Source: Epiperipatus broadwayi (taxonomy: Eukaryota > Animalia > Onychophora). From it: DNA of 64,000 nucleotides. The stretch is taken from the NCBI GenBank assembly GCA_028023455.1, contig JAQFVV010000006.1:558001-622000 (forward strand), given 5' to 3'. Below, in pieces: positions 1-12,928 of this stretch (positions are counted from its first letter, which is position 1; each line of letters starts with the position of its first letter). A program made the position numbers and the translations under genes. A model generated the notes under the pieces. That model did not search any database. It worked only from the letters and a program-made list of their open reading frames with translations, and was not told where the DNA came from.

Positions 1-232
1 TCCTCCTCAGCAATAAGATCCATATCATCTGCAAATCTTATACATTTCATTACTCTCCCTCCAACATTTGCTCCTCCACAGTCCAAATAATTATTTAGCA
101 TGTCTTCTAAATAAATATTAAACAGAACAGGTGACATACTACACCCTTGCTTAACTCCATTTTCTACATTTACTTCATTATACATAGTCCATATCAATCG
201 TCTTTCTTTCCAAAATATTCCTTTATCTCTTA
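1..232 (-). mobile_element. RTE-like LINE reverse transcriptase fragment
   Basis: The minus strand reads GVKQGCSMSPVLFNIYLED...CIRFADDMDLIAEE (QG...SP and FADD motifs). Confidence 0.85.
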
Positions 233-750
233 AGATGGACATCAGTTTATCAGCCTGAGGTTAGGGATTTAAAATGCAGATTGAACAACTGGTAATCAAT
301 AGTTTCTCAAGTTTGTAATAGGTAGCACTAGAAGAGAAAGCTGATCCTGTTCTATAGCACAATATGAAAGCTAAAGAAAAAGATGCTTATAATTAGGAAA
401 AAACAGATTGTTAAAATTTATAATTACTGATTCAAATGCATATTTATATAATTATTCAAGCACGTTGGCTAGGATTAAAAACTAGATTATTTCGAATTGC
501 AAGCTTTTAACCTAAATGGTAAAATGAAGTTAAAAGTGATTTCTAGATATACACTTTATTTCAAGATTTGAATTCCAAGTATCATTGTTTAACGGCAAAA
601 TCCTGAAACTAGTCTGGAGATGGGGGTTTAAATGCATCTGGTAATCGTTGGCTACTCAAGCTTATTATAACAATGAAAAAGAGCGGGCAAATTTTATTAT
701 TTTTTGAATACTATAATAAATATTTTATTTCACCATTACTTTGTAATTAA

Positions 751-1082
751 TAATACGCTGATGCGTGCGGTGAAACTTTTTTATATAACAATTTATGTAG
801 GCTTAGCGCTTTCAGAGTTTTGTTACTCTATAATCATAGCCTCATGCAAAACTATCTTTTTTATATTATCCATTTTCTGGAAATGGCAAAACAAGTGTCT
901 CTTCTATTTATTGAGTTGATGTCACTGGTAATAAAAGAAGCTTCCTTGATTTTTTTCTTGATGTTATTCCTCTCTGACCGTAATCTAAAGAGGCTATGAT
1001 TATGGAGTAACAAAACTCTGAAAGCGCTAAGCCTACATAAATTGTTATATAAAAAAGTTTCACCGCACTCATCAGCATATTA
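751..1082. mobile_element. Inverted-repeat element with about 93-bp arms, each carrying an HHR motif (probable Penelope-type inverted pLTR relic)
   Basis: Arms 751-843 and 990-1082 are near-perfect reverse complements. Confidence 0.75.
991..1034 (+). ncRNA. Minimal type I hammerhead motif, A3:U8 core variant (mirror copy at 799-842 on the - strand)
   Basis: AGGCT-ATGATTA-T-GGAGT aacaaa ACTCT-GAAA-G cg C-TA-AGCCT: 5-bp stem I, 5-bp stem II and palindromic AGCGCT in stem III. Confidence 0.7.
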
Positions 1083-2478
1083 TTTTTTGAATAGAGATTG
1101 TATTCATTTTATACGATTCTTGTATTTTGCTTTTTAAGGAATTTTTTTTTTTTGCGAGCTATTACAAAAAAATGTTACATTAGTTGAAGTATTTAAAAAT
1201 AAATTTAGGAAATTGCTTAAATCGACTGTGTAAAAGTGTAATTGTCACAGTTGTTAATTATTATGTAAAAGTTGTAATATAGTAGTTGCCTCGTAGTAAT
1301 GGAGACTTACTCAATAGCGATTTATTGCAGCACAACTGTGCACACACTATTTTGGTAGGTTTTGATTCAAAATACAATTTTTGTAATAATTTTACTTTAC
1401 ACAATGCGAAGATAAATATGTAGTTATAAAATTAACATATCATGATAGGCAATAAAAAGGAGAAACAGATTCATTGTAAAATTTAAAAAATATATATATA
1501 TATTTAAGTGTTTTTAAAGTTATTAATTTATAATTATTCATAAAATTATAAATCTGTAAATTGTCATGTGTATTAGTTTGATTACATACTGTTAGAATTA
1601 GAATTAAAATAATATAACATAAAAAAGTATTACCAATGGCATTTCATGCTGCCAAAAATTAAAAAATAAAATTACTCGTACATTTTATTTTTACACTACA
1701 CCCACTTTTTTACATGTATATGAAGATATCATTTCTTCCAAAATAAATAAAATGATTGACTAATATTTTGTTTTCAAAAGTTTATTAAAGTTAATGTTAA
1801 TAAATTATAATTTGAAAGTGCTATATATTTTTTTTATATAAATTCTAATGATTTTATTGAGCATGTAAAATAATTTTACAATTTATCAGATATGTAATAT
1901 TAAGAATATAGTCTTTCACAGAACAAACAAGTCTGAATATGTCCTAAGATAACTAATGAGCAAGATTCTCAAAGAATCATTTAAATGAACTCTCAAACAG
2001 CGCCACCTTTTTTTATATCAATGCCGATCTTTTATCTGACAAAATAGATTGGTATTAATATAGCAAAAGATGAGTGTTGTTTGCAAGTTCATTTAAATGA
2101 TTTGTTAGGAATCTTGCTTGTGAATTATCTTAGTAACATATTCGAACTTGTTGATTCATGAAAGGGTTTATTCATTTCATGTATATTCTCAAACAGGCAC
2201 ACGTGTGTGTGTGGAATTATTTGCATAGACAGTCGACAAATTTTTAACTTATTTTTGAAAAACAATTGAAATAATAATTCATCAGTACCTTTATAAAAAA
2301 AAAATTATTTTTGTATGAAAAATTATTTTTAAAGGGGGCAATAATTTGCGTAATACTGATATTAGTTTAATTTTGGATATCCAATTCTTAATTCATCATT
2401 ATTGCAAGGTCGTATTATATTATTTTTCATTTTGTCTGAATTTTTTATAGTTATATAATTTTTTTTTCCCCATTACAG

Positions 2479-2732
2479 CCCAGTTGACACTGTCTGCATT
2501 AAAAATTGCTACAATTTTTTTGCGCAAGGGAGGCTGCTTTGTAACTAAACTGTTCCGTTCCAAAGATTACAATGCTGTGGTTTGGGTTTTCAAACAATTT
2601 TTCAAGAAGGTTTATGCCACTAAACCACAGGCTTCCCGTATTGAATCAGCAGAAATTTTTGTTGTATGCCTATTTTATTTAGCTCCGGATAAAATTGACC
2701 CCAAGTTTATGGATATTAAATATGTCTTTAAG
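2479..2732 (+). CDS. FTSJ3: FTSJ3/SPB1 internal exon 1 in window (end of the FtsJ methyltransferase domain)
   Basis: ttacag acceptor and gtaatt donor. Translates to [30 protein letters not shown]...[18 protein letters not shown]...[17 protein letters not shown], the recognisable Spb1/FTSJ3 motif region with the second K and the E of the K-D-K-E tetrad. Confidence 0.97.
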
Positions 2733-3339
2733 GTAATTTTTTAATTATCCTTTTTAATGTATTAATATTACTTTCTAAAAGATAAAAGAATATTTATTGA
2801 AATGATTGAGTAGTTATTAGAATTGTATGTGTGTACGTCATATTTGATGTTTTTTTTATTTTGTAATTTTTATTATTGTTGTTTTATATTGTGATCCTAT
2901 AAATGTTCTAAACGTTACAAATTTATTCATGATAATTTTGAATGAATATTTATCGTCTTTTGTTTATGTAAATAGTCATGAAAATATTCACGGAATGCGC
3001 TTTTATAAACTATGCATATGGAACTGTACGCTAATGGCTGCTGGTTTTTTTTTTTTCTCAGTGATGAAAGTTTATTCATAAAAAAAAAAAAACAGATACA
3101 AATATAGTTAGAAAAAGGTTAACGAGGGAGTGATTATATGATAAATTGAAATTTCAGAAGCAACATGGTAAAAAGGGGAAGGATACATGTGAAAAGGAAT
3201 GGGAAATGGAAAAGGGGAAATGGTGTGTAGTCCAGGCCAGTCTGAGATGCATGTCTTCATTGGGCACACACCACATGGGTCACAAACATTTGAATGATTG
3301 AGTCAACAGAGGCTGAGAGGATGGGAGTTGGAGGATTGC

Positions 3340-3765
3340 CACTGTTGCCTTCGAAATAGTCCCCTTGTGCAGCTACATACTGATTAAAATGGTGTTCCCA
3401 TTTCTGGAAGCACACCTGGAACTCATTTTCAGGAATACTATTGAGCAGCTATCTCACATTTTTTTTGGATATCAACTATAATAGAAAATCTTCATCCTTT
3501 CAGCGCAGTTTTTACTTTTGGAAATAATCAAAAATCACAGGGAGCTATGTCATGTGAATAAGCAGGATGGTCGAGTTGTGTAATTGATTTTGTGGCCAAA
3601 AAGTCTTTCAATGAGCAACTTTTTGGCTTGGTACATTGTCATGATGAATGATCCACTTGTTAGGCCATAATTTGGGTCTTTTTCTTTGAACAGAATCTCA
3701 TAATCTCTGAAGTACTTTTAAATAACATTGTTGGTTGATTGTTTGTTCCTATTCGATAAATTCTA
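3340..3765 (-). mobile_element. Decayed mariner transposase C-terminal half
   Basis: The minus strand reads ...RKRPKLWPNKWIIHHDNVP...ITQLDHPAYSHDIAPCDF*LFPKVKTALKG...AQGDYFEG with stops (HDNA, HPPYSPDLAPCDF and YFEG-type motifs). Confidence 0.85.
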
Positions 3766-4859
3766 GGTGGGCTCATTCCGGGAATTAAATTATCACACCT
3801 CGTAAATATACAGTAAAAACATCTTTATCCATCCTATTTGATTCCAAGATTCCCTTCCTCTCATAAGTAGCCAGAGACCACAGACATTACTGAACCCTAT
3901 ATAGGTTGTTTTAAATATATGTACAGTATGGCGTCCTTAATATGTATGCATATAGCACAATTATTTAAAAATATCCACATCTTGAGACATCAACTGATAT
4001 TGAATTGCAAATAATACAAGGCTTAAGTTGATTTTAAATTTATGCAAAGTGCAGATTTGTCTATAGTGTACAAGTAGCAGCAACCATTTCTTATGGCATT
4101 TTTCGAACAGTGTGCCAGTGATTAAGTGAATCAGTAGGTTTTGAAGTAGTGGATTTAAGTTTCTATATATATGAAATATTTGAAAAGTTTTATTGTTTGA
4201 TCAAATGTCTTATATAAAACTATTGCAAGATAATTTGTTAGTCAAGCAAACATATTACAAATGTTAATTTGATCTGTCATATTATATAAAAGGAAATGGA
4301 TTTCAGATATTTTAGTCGCAGAAGACTGCTGCATGTGTGTGGGAAAAAGTGTTAAGCCTTTTTTTTTTTTATCATCCAACAATTTATTAAGCTAGATTAC
4401 AATATCAAGCTTCTCGGCAAAAAGCGAAGGTGAGATCTGTCTTATCACTATTAAAAATTTATACGGGCTAAGAATAGCTCGTTGTTATAACAATTGTGTG
4501 AATATTCGCTAGAGTATATGAAATCTATTGTATCTATCAAAATCTTAACCGACAAATGTTTGTCTTAGTTCATGTTTGGCCCTTGGGTGCCAATCAAATA
4601 TTATTGGAAAGTGGTTTTACAACTCCATAATTTTTTATAATAATTGTTCCCATGGATATATATTTTTTAATTTAGTCAAATGGAAAATTTAATCAAAAAG
4701 TACCTAGGACCATTGACTCTACATTACATGATGGCTTATAATTGGATATTAATTCCTGAATTGTATCATCAGAACAGTTGCAAGTATGAGTGAACAAATA
4801 GATTTTTTAAATTCTTAAATGGATTATAACTGGAATAAAAATTCTTAGAAAGAATCTAA

Positions 4860-4992
4860 ACCATCAAACATCGCATGATCACCATTCTTTTTGCTTATAC
4901 AAAATGTTTTCCACAGAGGCAAAAATCTCCATGAGTAGGCACTCCATTGATTACTCTGACTTGCACTGAGTGGTGCTACTATATGAAGAGTT
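4860..4992. repeat. Family A fragment (short inverted arrangement, no HHR retained)
   Basis: Shares catgatcaccatt, aggcaaaa and ccattgattactctgacttgcactgagtgg with the other family A copies. Confidence 0.65.
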
Positions 4993-4999
4993 TTGGGGA

Positions 5000-5098
5000 G
5001 CGGAAAGGGAAGTCAAAGTGACTAACAGGTTTCTGTGGCATAGTTGCTGAGAGATTCCTGACTCCGTGTAAGAAGAAGCCACAGTCTATCACATCACT
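5000..5098 (+). mobile_element. Isolated 3' end of the (CATCA)n-tailed LINE family
   Basis: Matches the 3' ends at 16520-16591 and 63656-63740. Confidence 0.7.
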
Positions 5099-6324
5099 TC
5101 TGTAGAAAGAATCTAATATAAGGTACTTTTTACTGTAGCAAAAAAAAAAAAAATGACTAAAAAAAAAAACTTTATTTCTTATTTAAAATAAATTATAATC
5201 ATTTTCTTCAAAAATATTTTATATAATGTCTATTTTATTAAAAATAGAATTAATCCAATATTTTTTTTATATAAGCTAAATAAAATATCACATGACATAA
5301 ATGCAGCTATTATATAAATCTCCTCTTTTTTATCTGACATACTGAAATAATGTAATTTTTCAAATGAGGATTTAGATATATTGATTTCAAGTCTAATCCA
5401 ATAAGTGAATAGAATTGAGATGTGTAGGGTATCTTCTCAAACGGAGATGATCTGGCATAATAATGCTTACTCAGCAGCTCTCTTTTTCCATCTTTGTTCC
5501 AATTCGCAGCATGAATGCCAAAATATACGGATCATTGCAATCTGTATTGTAATGCTTGTTTTTAACAAGCTTATTTATTTATAAGCCTGCTTATATTGAT
5601 ATGTACATGTGAATACTTACATATTCTAGATGATTTGGTACAATGGTAGAATGGAAGATCTTAATTCCGCAGAATGTGCCCAGTCCTCATTTCCTGTGCT
5701 TACATTTTCTAAAGCTTCCGAGTGATAAAGCTAATTTAGTTACATGAACTAAAAAATTAAATGTAGAAAATTAAAATCTCTTCTTTAATCATCGTTAATT
5801 AGTTTAATTTATTTATTTATCTCTCCTATGAAGGTGTACTATATTATATATAGAGAGAGAAATTATTGAAGAGTTGGGCATGAGAGCATTTTATGCCTAG
5901 ATGCATATAAGGAAGTAGGTTTGCATCCTCTCTCTCCTCTTCACTAATTTTTATATATTTATAATATTAGAATTTATACGAAATAAAGTGATAGGAATAG
6001 AAATAAACATATGCATTAAAAAACATATATTCGATAGTATAACAATTTTAAGTAAGAATATTTAGAAAATCTTTTAAATGATAATGAATTTTAAAATGAC
6101 TTGTCTAACGTTTTTTGTCTGGAATATAGCCGTACATATTGCCAAATTGGGACTTTTAAGACAAGAGAATAAAAGTCAGTTGATATACTCGAGATATGGA
6201 TTTACAAAAAAATAGCAAAGATAAATTGGGCATAAAAAGTTTGGATTAGGATTGATCAGTACTAAGATGATCTTAAAAAACGTCATTGCCTACTAATTTC
6301 CTATTATCTTACAGTCCCGCATGG

Positions 6325-6392
6325 TTTGGTGCCATTAGTAAAGCGTCCGACTTGGGATTGGGAGGTCGCAGGCTCGATTCTGGCACTCAAAC
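6325..6392 (+). other. Possible tRNA-derived SINE head
   Basis: A-box-like tggtgccattagtaaagc and B-box-like ggctcgattctgg at tRNA spacing; the cloverleaf is poor. Confidence 0.35.
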
Positions 6393-6913
6393 TTCTCATG
6401 AACTCCCAAACAATAAAGCCATATGCTTTTTTTTTAGATTAACATCCATTATCATTTATGTATGGTGTTTTTAAGTTCTCTTTTAAAAATTACTATACAA
6501 TTGAGAAAAATTCTAATCATAGCCTTTCTATCTTAGCCATTTATGTATTTCATATAAAATTACAATCTTTATCTTAGTTTTCATATCCTCTTACCGAACT
6601 GTTATTAGCCAACTACTTGGAAATTGTTTTCATACAGCTGAGGGTTCTTATACTTACTTAAGGAAGTTTTTTCCATGTAGTCATTCAACTATTGGTCGGT
6701 AACTAGTTATTCTAGAAATTAAAGCAAGAAGGGAAATTCCCTTGGTTGTTAGCGATTAATGTCTTCTCCGTGTCTCTGTGAAGAAATTTTTGCTTACAAT
6801 AGATAATTTAAGATCGCTATTTTTATATATTTTATGCCTGCTTGTGCATGAATTATTTTAGTTTTTTTCTTTGTTTATGTTTATATGATGTATTCAGTGT
6901 AAAAATGAAGAAT

Positions 6914-7023
6914 GCGTTGTTAGCCGAGAGGTCAGCGCAGCTGTCTTGCAAGCAAGCAATTGATTGCAGACGGCTGTTGCGGGTTCACCTCCGGCCAATG
7001 CTTTGACATATGGAAAAAAAAAA
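6914..7023 (+). mobile_element. tRNA-Gly-derived retrocopy/short SINE with TTTGACATATG and an A-tail
   Basis: GCGTTG...CAGCTGTCTTGCAAGCA...CGGGTTCACCTCCGGCCAATGC, A-tail, flanked by AAGAAT repeats. Same 3' trailer as 56937-57036. Confidence 0.6.
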
Positions 7024-7155
7024 AAGAATCATATTAATTTATATACAGTATTATATTAGAATATATATAAATTATAAGAATTTGTTTTTAATTAACAATG
7101 CTCACAAATTATTTTAATTTTTTTTTTTTTGTTTCTGTTTTGTATATTTTTATAG

Positions 7156-7320
7156 GATGTTGAAGTTGCTCCCAAAACAGGCTTAAATTTAATGTTTCCG
7201 CAGAAGAAAGTAAAAGCTGAAGGTTACGAAGATGGAGTTGAGCTTCTTTATAAAAAGCTTAAAGTTTCTGATTTTCTTAGTAGCGATAACTATCTAGAAA
7301 TTCTCAGTAAATGTACTGAA
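7156..7320 (+). CDS. FTSJ3: FTSJ3 exon 2 in window
   Basis: tatag/gtaagt, phase 0-0. DVEVAPKTGLNLMFPQKKVKAEGYEDGVELLYKKLKVSDFLSSDNYLEILSKCTE contains the conserved KAEGY motif. Confidence 0.95.
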
Positions 7321-8488
7321 GTAAGTTTTTATCATTTTCGATAACTATTTATTTTGTATTTTGTGAGCAAACATTTTATGCAATGTAAACTTTTGTCCAT
7401 CTTTCTAAAGCATTAATTGTCAGAAAACCCACATCTGGAATAGATGTTCTTCATAATATAAAAAATGAGGTTAATTAAGTTAACATTTTTTTACTCAACA
7501 TGAAGAATTATTATTACTTTATAATGAGAAAACCAGAAAAATTTTAATATAGTGAAGCCTCCATATCCGCTATATTTTACTTTAAACCCCATCTTCTGTG
7601 TACATTGCATCGTAGATCATCTTTTGTTGATGCTTTCCTCTTAGTCAAATACATACTGCTTCCTGAACTACAAGTGTTTAGTACTTTTTGTCATGCATGT
7701 ATATGACACAAATGCTTTTTTTATTTATATAATATGCTTACGTAAATTAATATCATAATATAAACAGAATTAAAATAATAATAATAATGTAGCAAATAGT
7801 AATAAATTGAGTGAGCACATTTTATATATATATTTACTCTATGTGTGTTCGCTCATTCACGTTCACTAAAAAAAATACAAAATTTGTTTTACTATATCTA
7901 TTTTTTTGAATAAAATGGAGAAATGTTTGACGTTAATTGCAGTTAAAAGATACTGTAGACAATAACCTTTCAATACCTTTTCCCCCCATATGGAAATAAT
8001 AATATCAGTTTTCTTATTAGCAGGTTATAGTCTTTCTAGTTGTTTTGAAATTTTTAAGCTCATATCAACTTCAGTATTTATACAATCACCTCTATTTGCA
8101 TTCTCAGTTACTTACTTTAATTTTTCCAACAAAATAGAACTTTTTGTGGTTGTTGTTTTTCTTTTCTGACACTACTAAATCGATAACTTTTATTTTATGG
8201 CTTAAGAAAGGTACTTCTCTTATTTTTTTAAAATTTCATAAAACTTTTAGTAGCTTTACCGTTAGAAAATATTTTATTTCAGAAAATAAACAAAGTCTAA
8301 AATGAATGTGCTTTCACTGTAATCCCAAAAAACATTATTGTTAAACGTGATTACATACGGCACTCCCACACGGAAAAAGGATGACTGTTTAGTTACAGTT
8401 TTGTTTTTGGATGGTGTTTTAATTGAATTTCACTGTATTTTTTCAATTAACAATGTAAACAATTTTGTTTTAAATTGCGGAAAGCGTT

Positions 8489-8521
8489 CTGAAGAAGACT
8501 GCTGGGCTATCGAAACTCATT
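8489..8521 (+). ncRNA. Decayed hammerhead-like motif (family F)
   Basis: CTGAAGA-A-GACTG ctggg CTATC-GAAAC; stem II is partly mismatched and stems I/III are lost. Confidence 0.4.
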
Positions 8522-9101
8522 TATTTTTGATAAATTTGAAATAATGAAACATTGTATTTGCATTGTGTAATGCACATAGAAGATTGCGTTAATGGTGTTT
8601 AATTACATCAATGACATATCTGATATACAAAAATCAATGTACAAACAAAAATTTAAATTTTCATTAATTGCGTCGTCATTGAAATAATTTTTTTTAATGA
8701 CTTTAATTCATCTTCTATAAAAAGTGTTGTTAAGTAAGACTACCGCTGAAAATGGGAGAAATATAAAAGATTTGTATTTTTTCTTCCGCTAGGTTATTCA
8801 ATACATTAGTATTATAAAGTTAGGATACTGTCATAGTGAACACTTTAATATATAGAGCCGTTTGCCATGTTTGTTAGAAATTGGATTACATTTATAAAAA
8901 GTTCATTGCATGTCGCACAGTTTGATTTTAAAACATTTTTAGCCGTCAAAAAGAAAAAAAGTATCTCGTAGACCACAGGATATGGAAAAGACCCCCATAA
9001 GCTTATGGTTGATTACACATTTTCTGAAGGCAAAAGCCTTAGTTGGTGAGTGAAAGAACCACAAGTCTAATAGATGTTTGATGTCTTTTCACTTCCCCGA
9101 A

Positions 9102-9166
9102 GCTGATGATTTAATCAGAATTAAAGCATGCGCTGATGATTTAATCAGAATTAAAGCATGCGCTGA
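9102..9166. repeat. Perfect 30-bp tandem duplication
   Basis: (GCTGATGATTTAATCAGAATTAAAGCATGC)x2 followed by GCTGA. Confidence 0.9.
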
Positions 9167-10516
9167 ATAGTTTATTTAAAAGAACAAACAAAAATCCTTA
9201 TTTATAGGGCGAAGAATGTGCGTACATTGGCACACTTTTAAGATTATTAGATATTTTGGCCATAGTTGAATTTTTCTTTTAATCCTTGTAAGTTTTGACA
9301 TAATAGAACGGAACCTTAATTAAGATTTACTAATTACAATGAGCATTGTAGCTTAATATATAGTTGATAAGATAAAATCAGAATAAGGAAACAACATTTA
9401 AAAGATGCAGGAAGAAGCGCTGTTTTAAAGTATGCATTGCTCTTATTCCTTAGACCAAGAGTATGATTATAATCCGAACTTAAGCTGCTACAAAGAAATG
9501 GCAAGTGAGATAGGTGTAAAGTGAGAAAACTAGAAAAATGCTTGCAAATGAATTTTATTATCAATTTGATTAATCCTGTTGATAGTTAGACATATCGAAG
9601 ATATGCATATTAATTGTCTAATAAAGATGATATGAATAAAATTATTGAAATTTGCTTTTGACTTTGGTAAAGTAAATAATCTAATGATTTTCTTTCTTGA
9701 GAGCTTGCAAAAAGTTCGAGCACGGAATTGCCAAAATTGATCTGCAATCCATGGATCTTGAATTCTAGAATCTGCTACTTTACTATTGCTCTCGAATCAT
9801 ACAGGGCTTTTGACTTTAGTGATAAGATGACTCATTTTGATTATATTATTGTCAAAAGAAGAGGTATATATCTATTCATTGCCAGTTCGGTGTAATGATG
9901 GATTTTCAGAACATTGCAGAGCTCATTTTAGTTTGAAAATTGTAAGAAATATAGAATATTTTTTATGTCATGTACTCATTTAAAAAATTTAAAGGGAGAT
10001 AATTTATTTATTCAGACAGCTGTATTCTCAACGACAGCTTCCATTATCTTTATGACAAGATCTAAGTAGATAGTGAATAATTTGTTGTTATTGACGAATA
10101 CTTCTTTGTGGCACAAAGAAGGGCAAACAAGTTTTGAATTACTCCTTAGCATTACACACCTATTGGTCAACTAATTGTAAGCATTATAAGAGTGCAGGAT
10201 GGAACAGCATTGTCAGTCCGTCAAGAACTTGTTTTCAATTCACTGCATTAAGACATTGCTTGGAAATCATCGTATGCTGCAGTGGTTTCGCAAGAAGCTT
10301 TTTTTTTTTTCAGAGACTCTTATGAGCAATAGAAAATTAGGAATTTCTTAGACTTTTTATCACTCATCATCATCTACTACTTGATTCTGTGATCAGGATT
10401 TGTATGAGAAATTTGTTTTAACTTCTTAATTCTTGGAATTTAGTTTCTCTGGGACTTGTTAATCCTAAGAGAGTTGGTTTAAATCCTAATGTAAAATTGG
10501 TTATAGTAAAAACACA

Positions 10517-10588
10517 TTAAAGATTACTTATATTTATAAAGCGCATACTCACGTTAAAGATTACTTATATTTATAAAGCGCATACTCA
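10517..10588. repeat. Tandem duplication with 37-bp period
   Basis: TTAAAGATTACTTATATTTATAAAGCGCATACTCA starts at 10517 and again at 10554. Confidence 0.85.
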
Positions 10589-10591
10589 TTA

Positions 10592-10775
10592 CTTTAAAGT
10601 AATATACATTAAGGCTACAACCTTAAAACTATGCACCTGAAAAAATGACAGTAGGGATCTCTGCAACTCTTGTCTTTTAAATAAATCTTGTGTTAAAGAT
10701 TTGCAGAGGTCCCTACTGTCGTTTTTTCAGGCGCATAGTTTTAAGGTTATAGCCTTAATGTATATTACGTTAAAG
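10592..10775. mobile_element. Family B palindromic MITE-like element
   Basis: Arms gtaatatacattaaggctacaacc...gatctctgcaa and ttgcagaggtccc...gccttaatgtatattac; homologous to 14398-14660. Confidence 0.7.
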
Positions 10776-11294
10776 ATTACTGTGATATGATTTAACGCTT
10801 TGAACAATGGCTCCTAAGTCAGTAGGAAGTTGTATTCTTATTGCTTGGAGCTTTATTAAACATTGAATTTATTTTTTTTGATATGATGGAGACTTGAAAA
10901 TTTTGATTCTTAATTTCTCCGAGATATGGAATACTATTGGTACACAATGACCGATTTTTCGCACAGTTCTGACAATCTGGAAAGGAGCATGAAGGAATTA
11001 GCTTATCTATGTTTATTATATCATGCTTAATTTATCAATGATGAGCATTGAACTAGAAATTTGAGATTTTTTAAAGATGGTAACTGTGTCGGTATATCAG
11101 ATATTTGAGAGAATAAACTTTTGTTGTTGGCACCTAGTTGATAGTTGCGGATTTATACGACACGACAACTAAAGTTTATAAAATACTTGAAACCTTTCCG
11201 GGTAATAAAAAGAGAAATTTGTGGAACTAAGAATGAAAAATATAAAACGTGTAGCTCTATTCTATTGCTAGCTATAGTATGCTTCTGTAATCAG

Positions 11295-11755
11295 TGTTTA
11301 ACAGGTCAAACTTTATACAATAGTGCCACCTAGTGTAAACTATAAAATCAATAGATTCCAAAAGGCTTTTGCATTTAAATCCCAATCTATGGTCTAAATC
11401 ATCCAATATCCTCGGACTAGTTTGTAGCTTATGGCTTATGTTAGTGAGGCGTCTTGGATTTGAGACCAAGGTACCTAGATCTTTGGATCTAATGCATCCC
11501 ACCAGCCATTACTTATAATTTTTTTAATTAACTGTAAAACAATGAGTTTAAATTGAAAACGCAATAATGTGTTCAATCCAAACCAATTAACTTCATTTGT
11601 GACTGAAAGCCATAAATTAGAAACTAGTCTGGGGATTTTGAATGGGTAGGCACTAGATAAGGATTTACATGCCCAAATTTACTATAATGTGCTACTATTT
11701 TAATAACTTGGGTAAGCATAAGAAGTGATAGTCATGTGACATTTTAATAATTATT
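11295..11755. repeat. Two decayed family A copies, head-to-head
   Basis: Minus copy at about 11295-11510 (ggactagtttgtagcttatggc); plus copy at about 11595-11755 (gaaactagtctgggg). Confidence 0.65.
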
Positions 11756-11867
11756 AGATCATAGTTCTGGTTTTAAATATTTAAGACATCAGATTCAAAG
11801 TTGAAAGTAATGGAGTTATGCATCTACCAACTTAATTTTAACATTATTTTACTGTTTAAATTAAAGG

Positions 11868-11980
11868 CCTGACAATTCATTGGTTTTGAACCCACGCCAA
11901 CTTGCCCCTCCAGTTATGTAGATCTGACTTCAAGTCAATAAATATATATTTTAAGTGCCCTTAGTTCTTTGCTAATTGTA
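11868..11980 (-). pseudogene. Possible tRNA(Ser/Leu)-like relic or SINE head
   Basis: The minus strand shows a TGAC-TTGAA-GTCA anticodon-like hairpin, GGCGTGGGTTCAAAACC B-box-like sequence and ACAATT/AATTGT ends, interrupted by an AT-rich stretch. Confidence 0.35.
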
Positions 11981-12928
11981 TGCAGCTATATTTCCTGGCT
12001 AGAATATTAGTTACAACAAATCGCGTAACTAAACAATATATCACAAATTAAAGCAAGAACAACTATCCCTTTTACTGCCATCAATAGCAAATTGAGTAAT
12101 CAATGATTAGTAGATATTAGTGTATTTAAATTCCCTGTGATTTCTGGCTTTTGCCTTTATCATGGAGACTTGGGGTATATAGCTGCATTCTCTCCAACTT
12201 TGAATCCCAAACCTCGTTGATAAAAGTAAAAACCAGAAACCAATCTCGTGTTGATATAAATTCAATATAGCGTCTGCTAATAATTGATTTTTTAGCCTTA
12301 TTACGATGGCATTGGAGTGGAGAGCTGCTCTTGTTTTATTATACAGGTAAAATAAAGAATTAAATTTTTTATTATTAGAGAAAAAAAAAAAAAAGCTGGC
12401 TATGATGATTTTATAGCCTTCATCAATATAATGAAGATTAGAGACAATGTGTCTTCAAATAAAAGAAACAGGAAGGAGAAGAATGATTACTAATAGGTAG
12501 TGAAAGAATATCACAAATTTTACTGGGAAAGATAATAGCTCTCAGTTGTACTTTATTGAATTGAAGTGAAAAAAAGATATTGTCTTAAAGCCATCTGTTT
12601 TAGATAACGCAGTTATTACCTGGATGATAAAGTGAAAGAAAACGATTTGAAGACAAGGAGAGAAAAGTAGGCTTATAAATAGTAAGGGAGACGATTTAGT
12701 TGACAAAGTCATTGCTAATGATTATGAAATGTAACGTTAATAATGTCTGCTCCATTGCAGTTTTATATATCTATAATACGGATTAGTCATAGCTTAGGCT
12801 TTATAATGTTTACAATGGATGCATTCCATTTTATATATAAACAATAACATAGGTAGAATTTTTGGGGCCTTAGGTAAATTTTAATACAAAGCCTTTTTTA
12901 GTATTTACAGTATATACTTTATTTGGTA

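Noticed and set aside
590-625. GAAACTAGTCTGGAGAT resembling the family A HHR 3' half
   Set aside because: The upstream core and the family A flanks are not recognisable.
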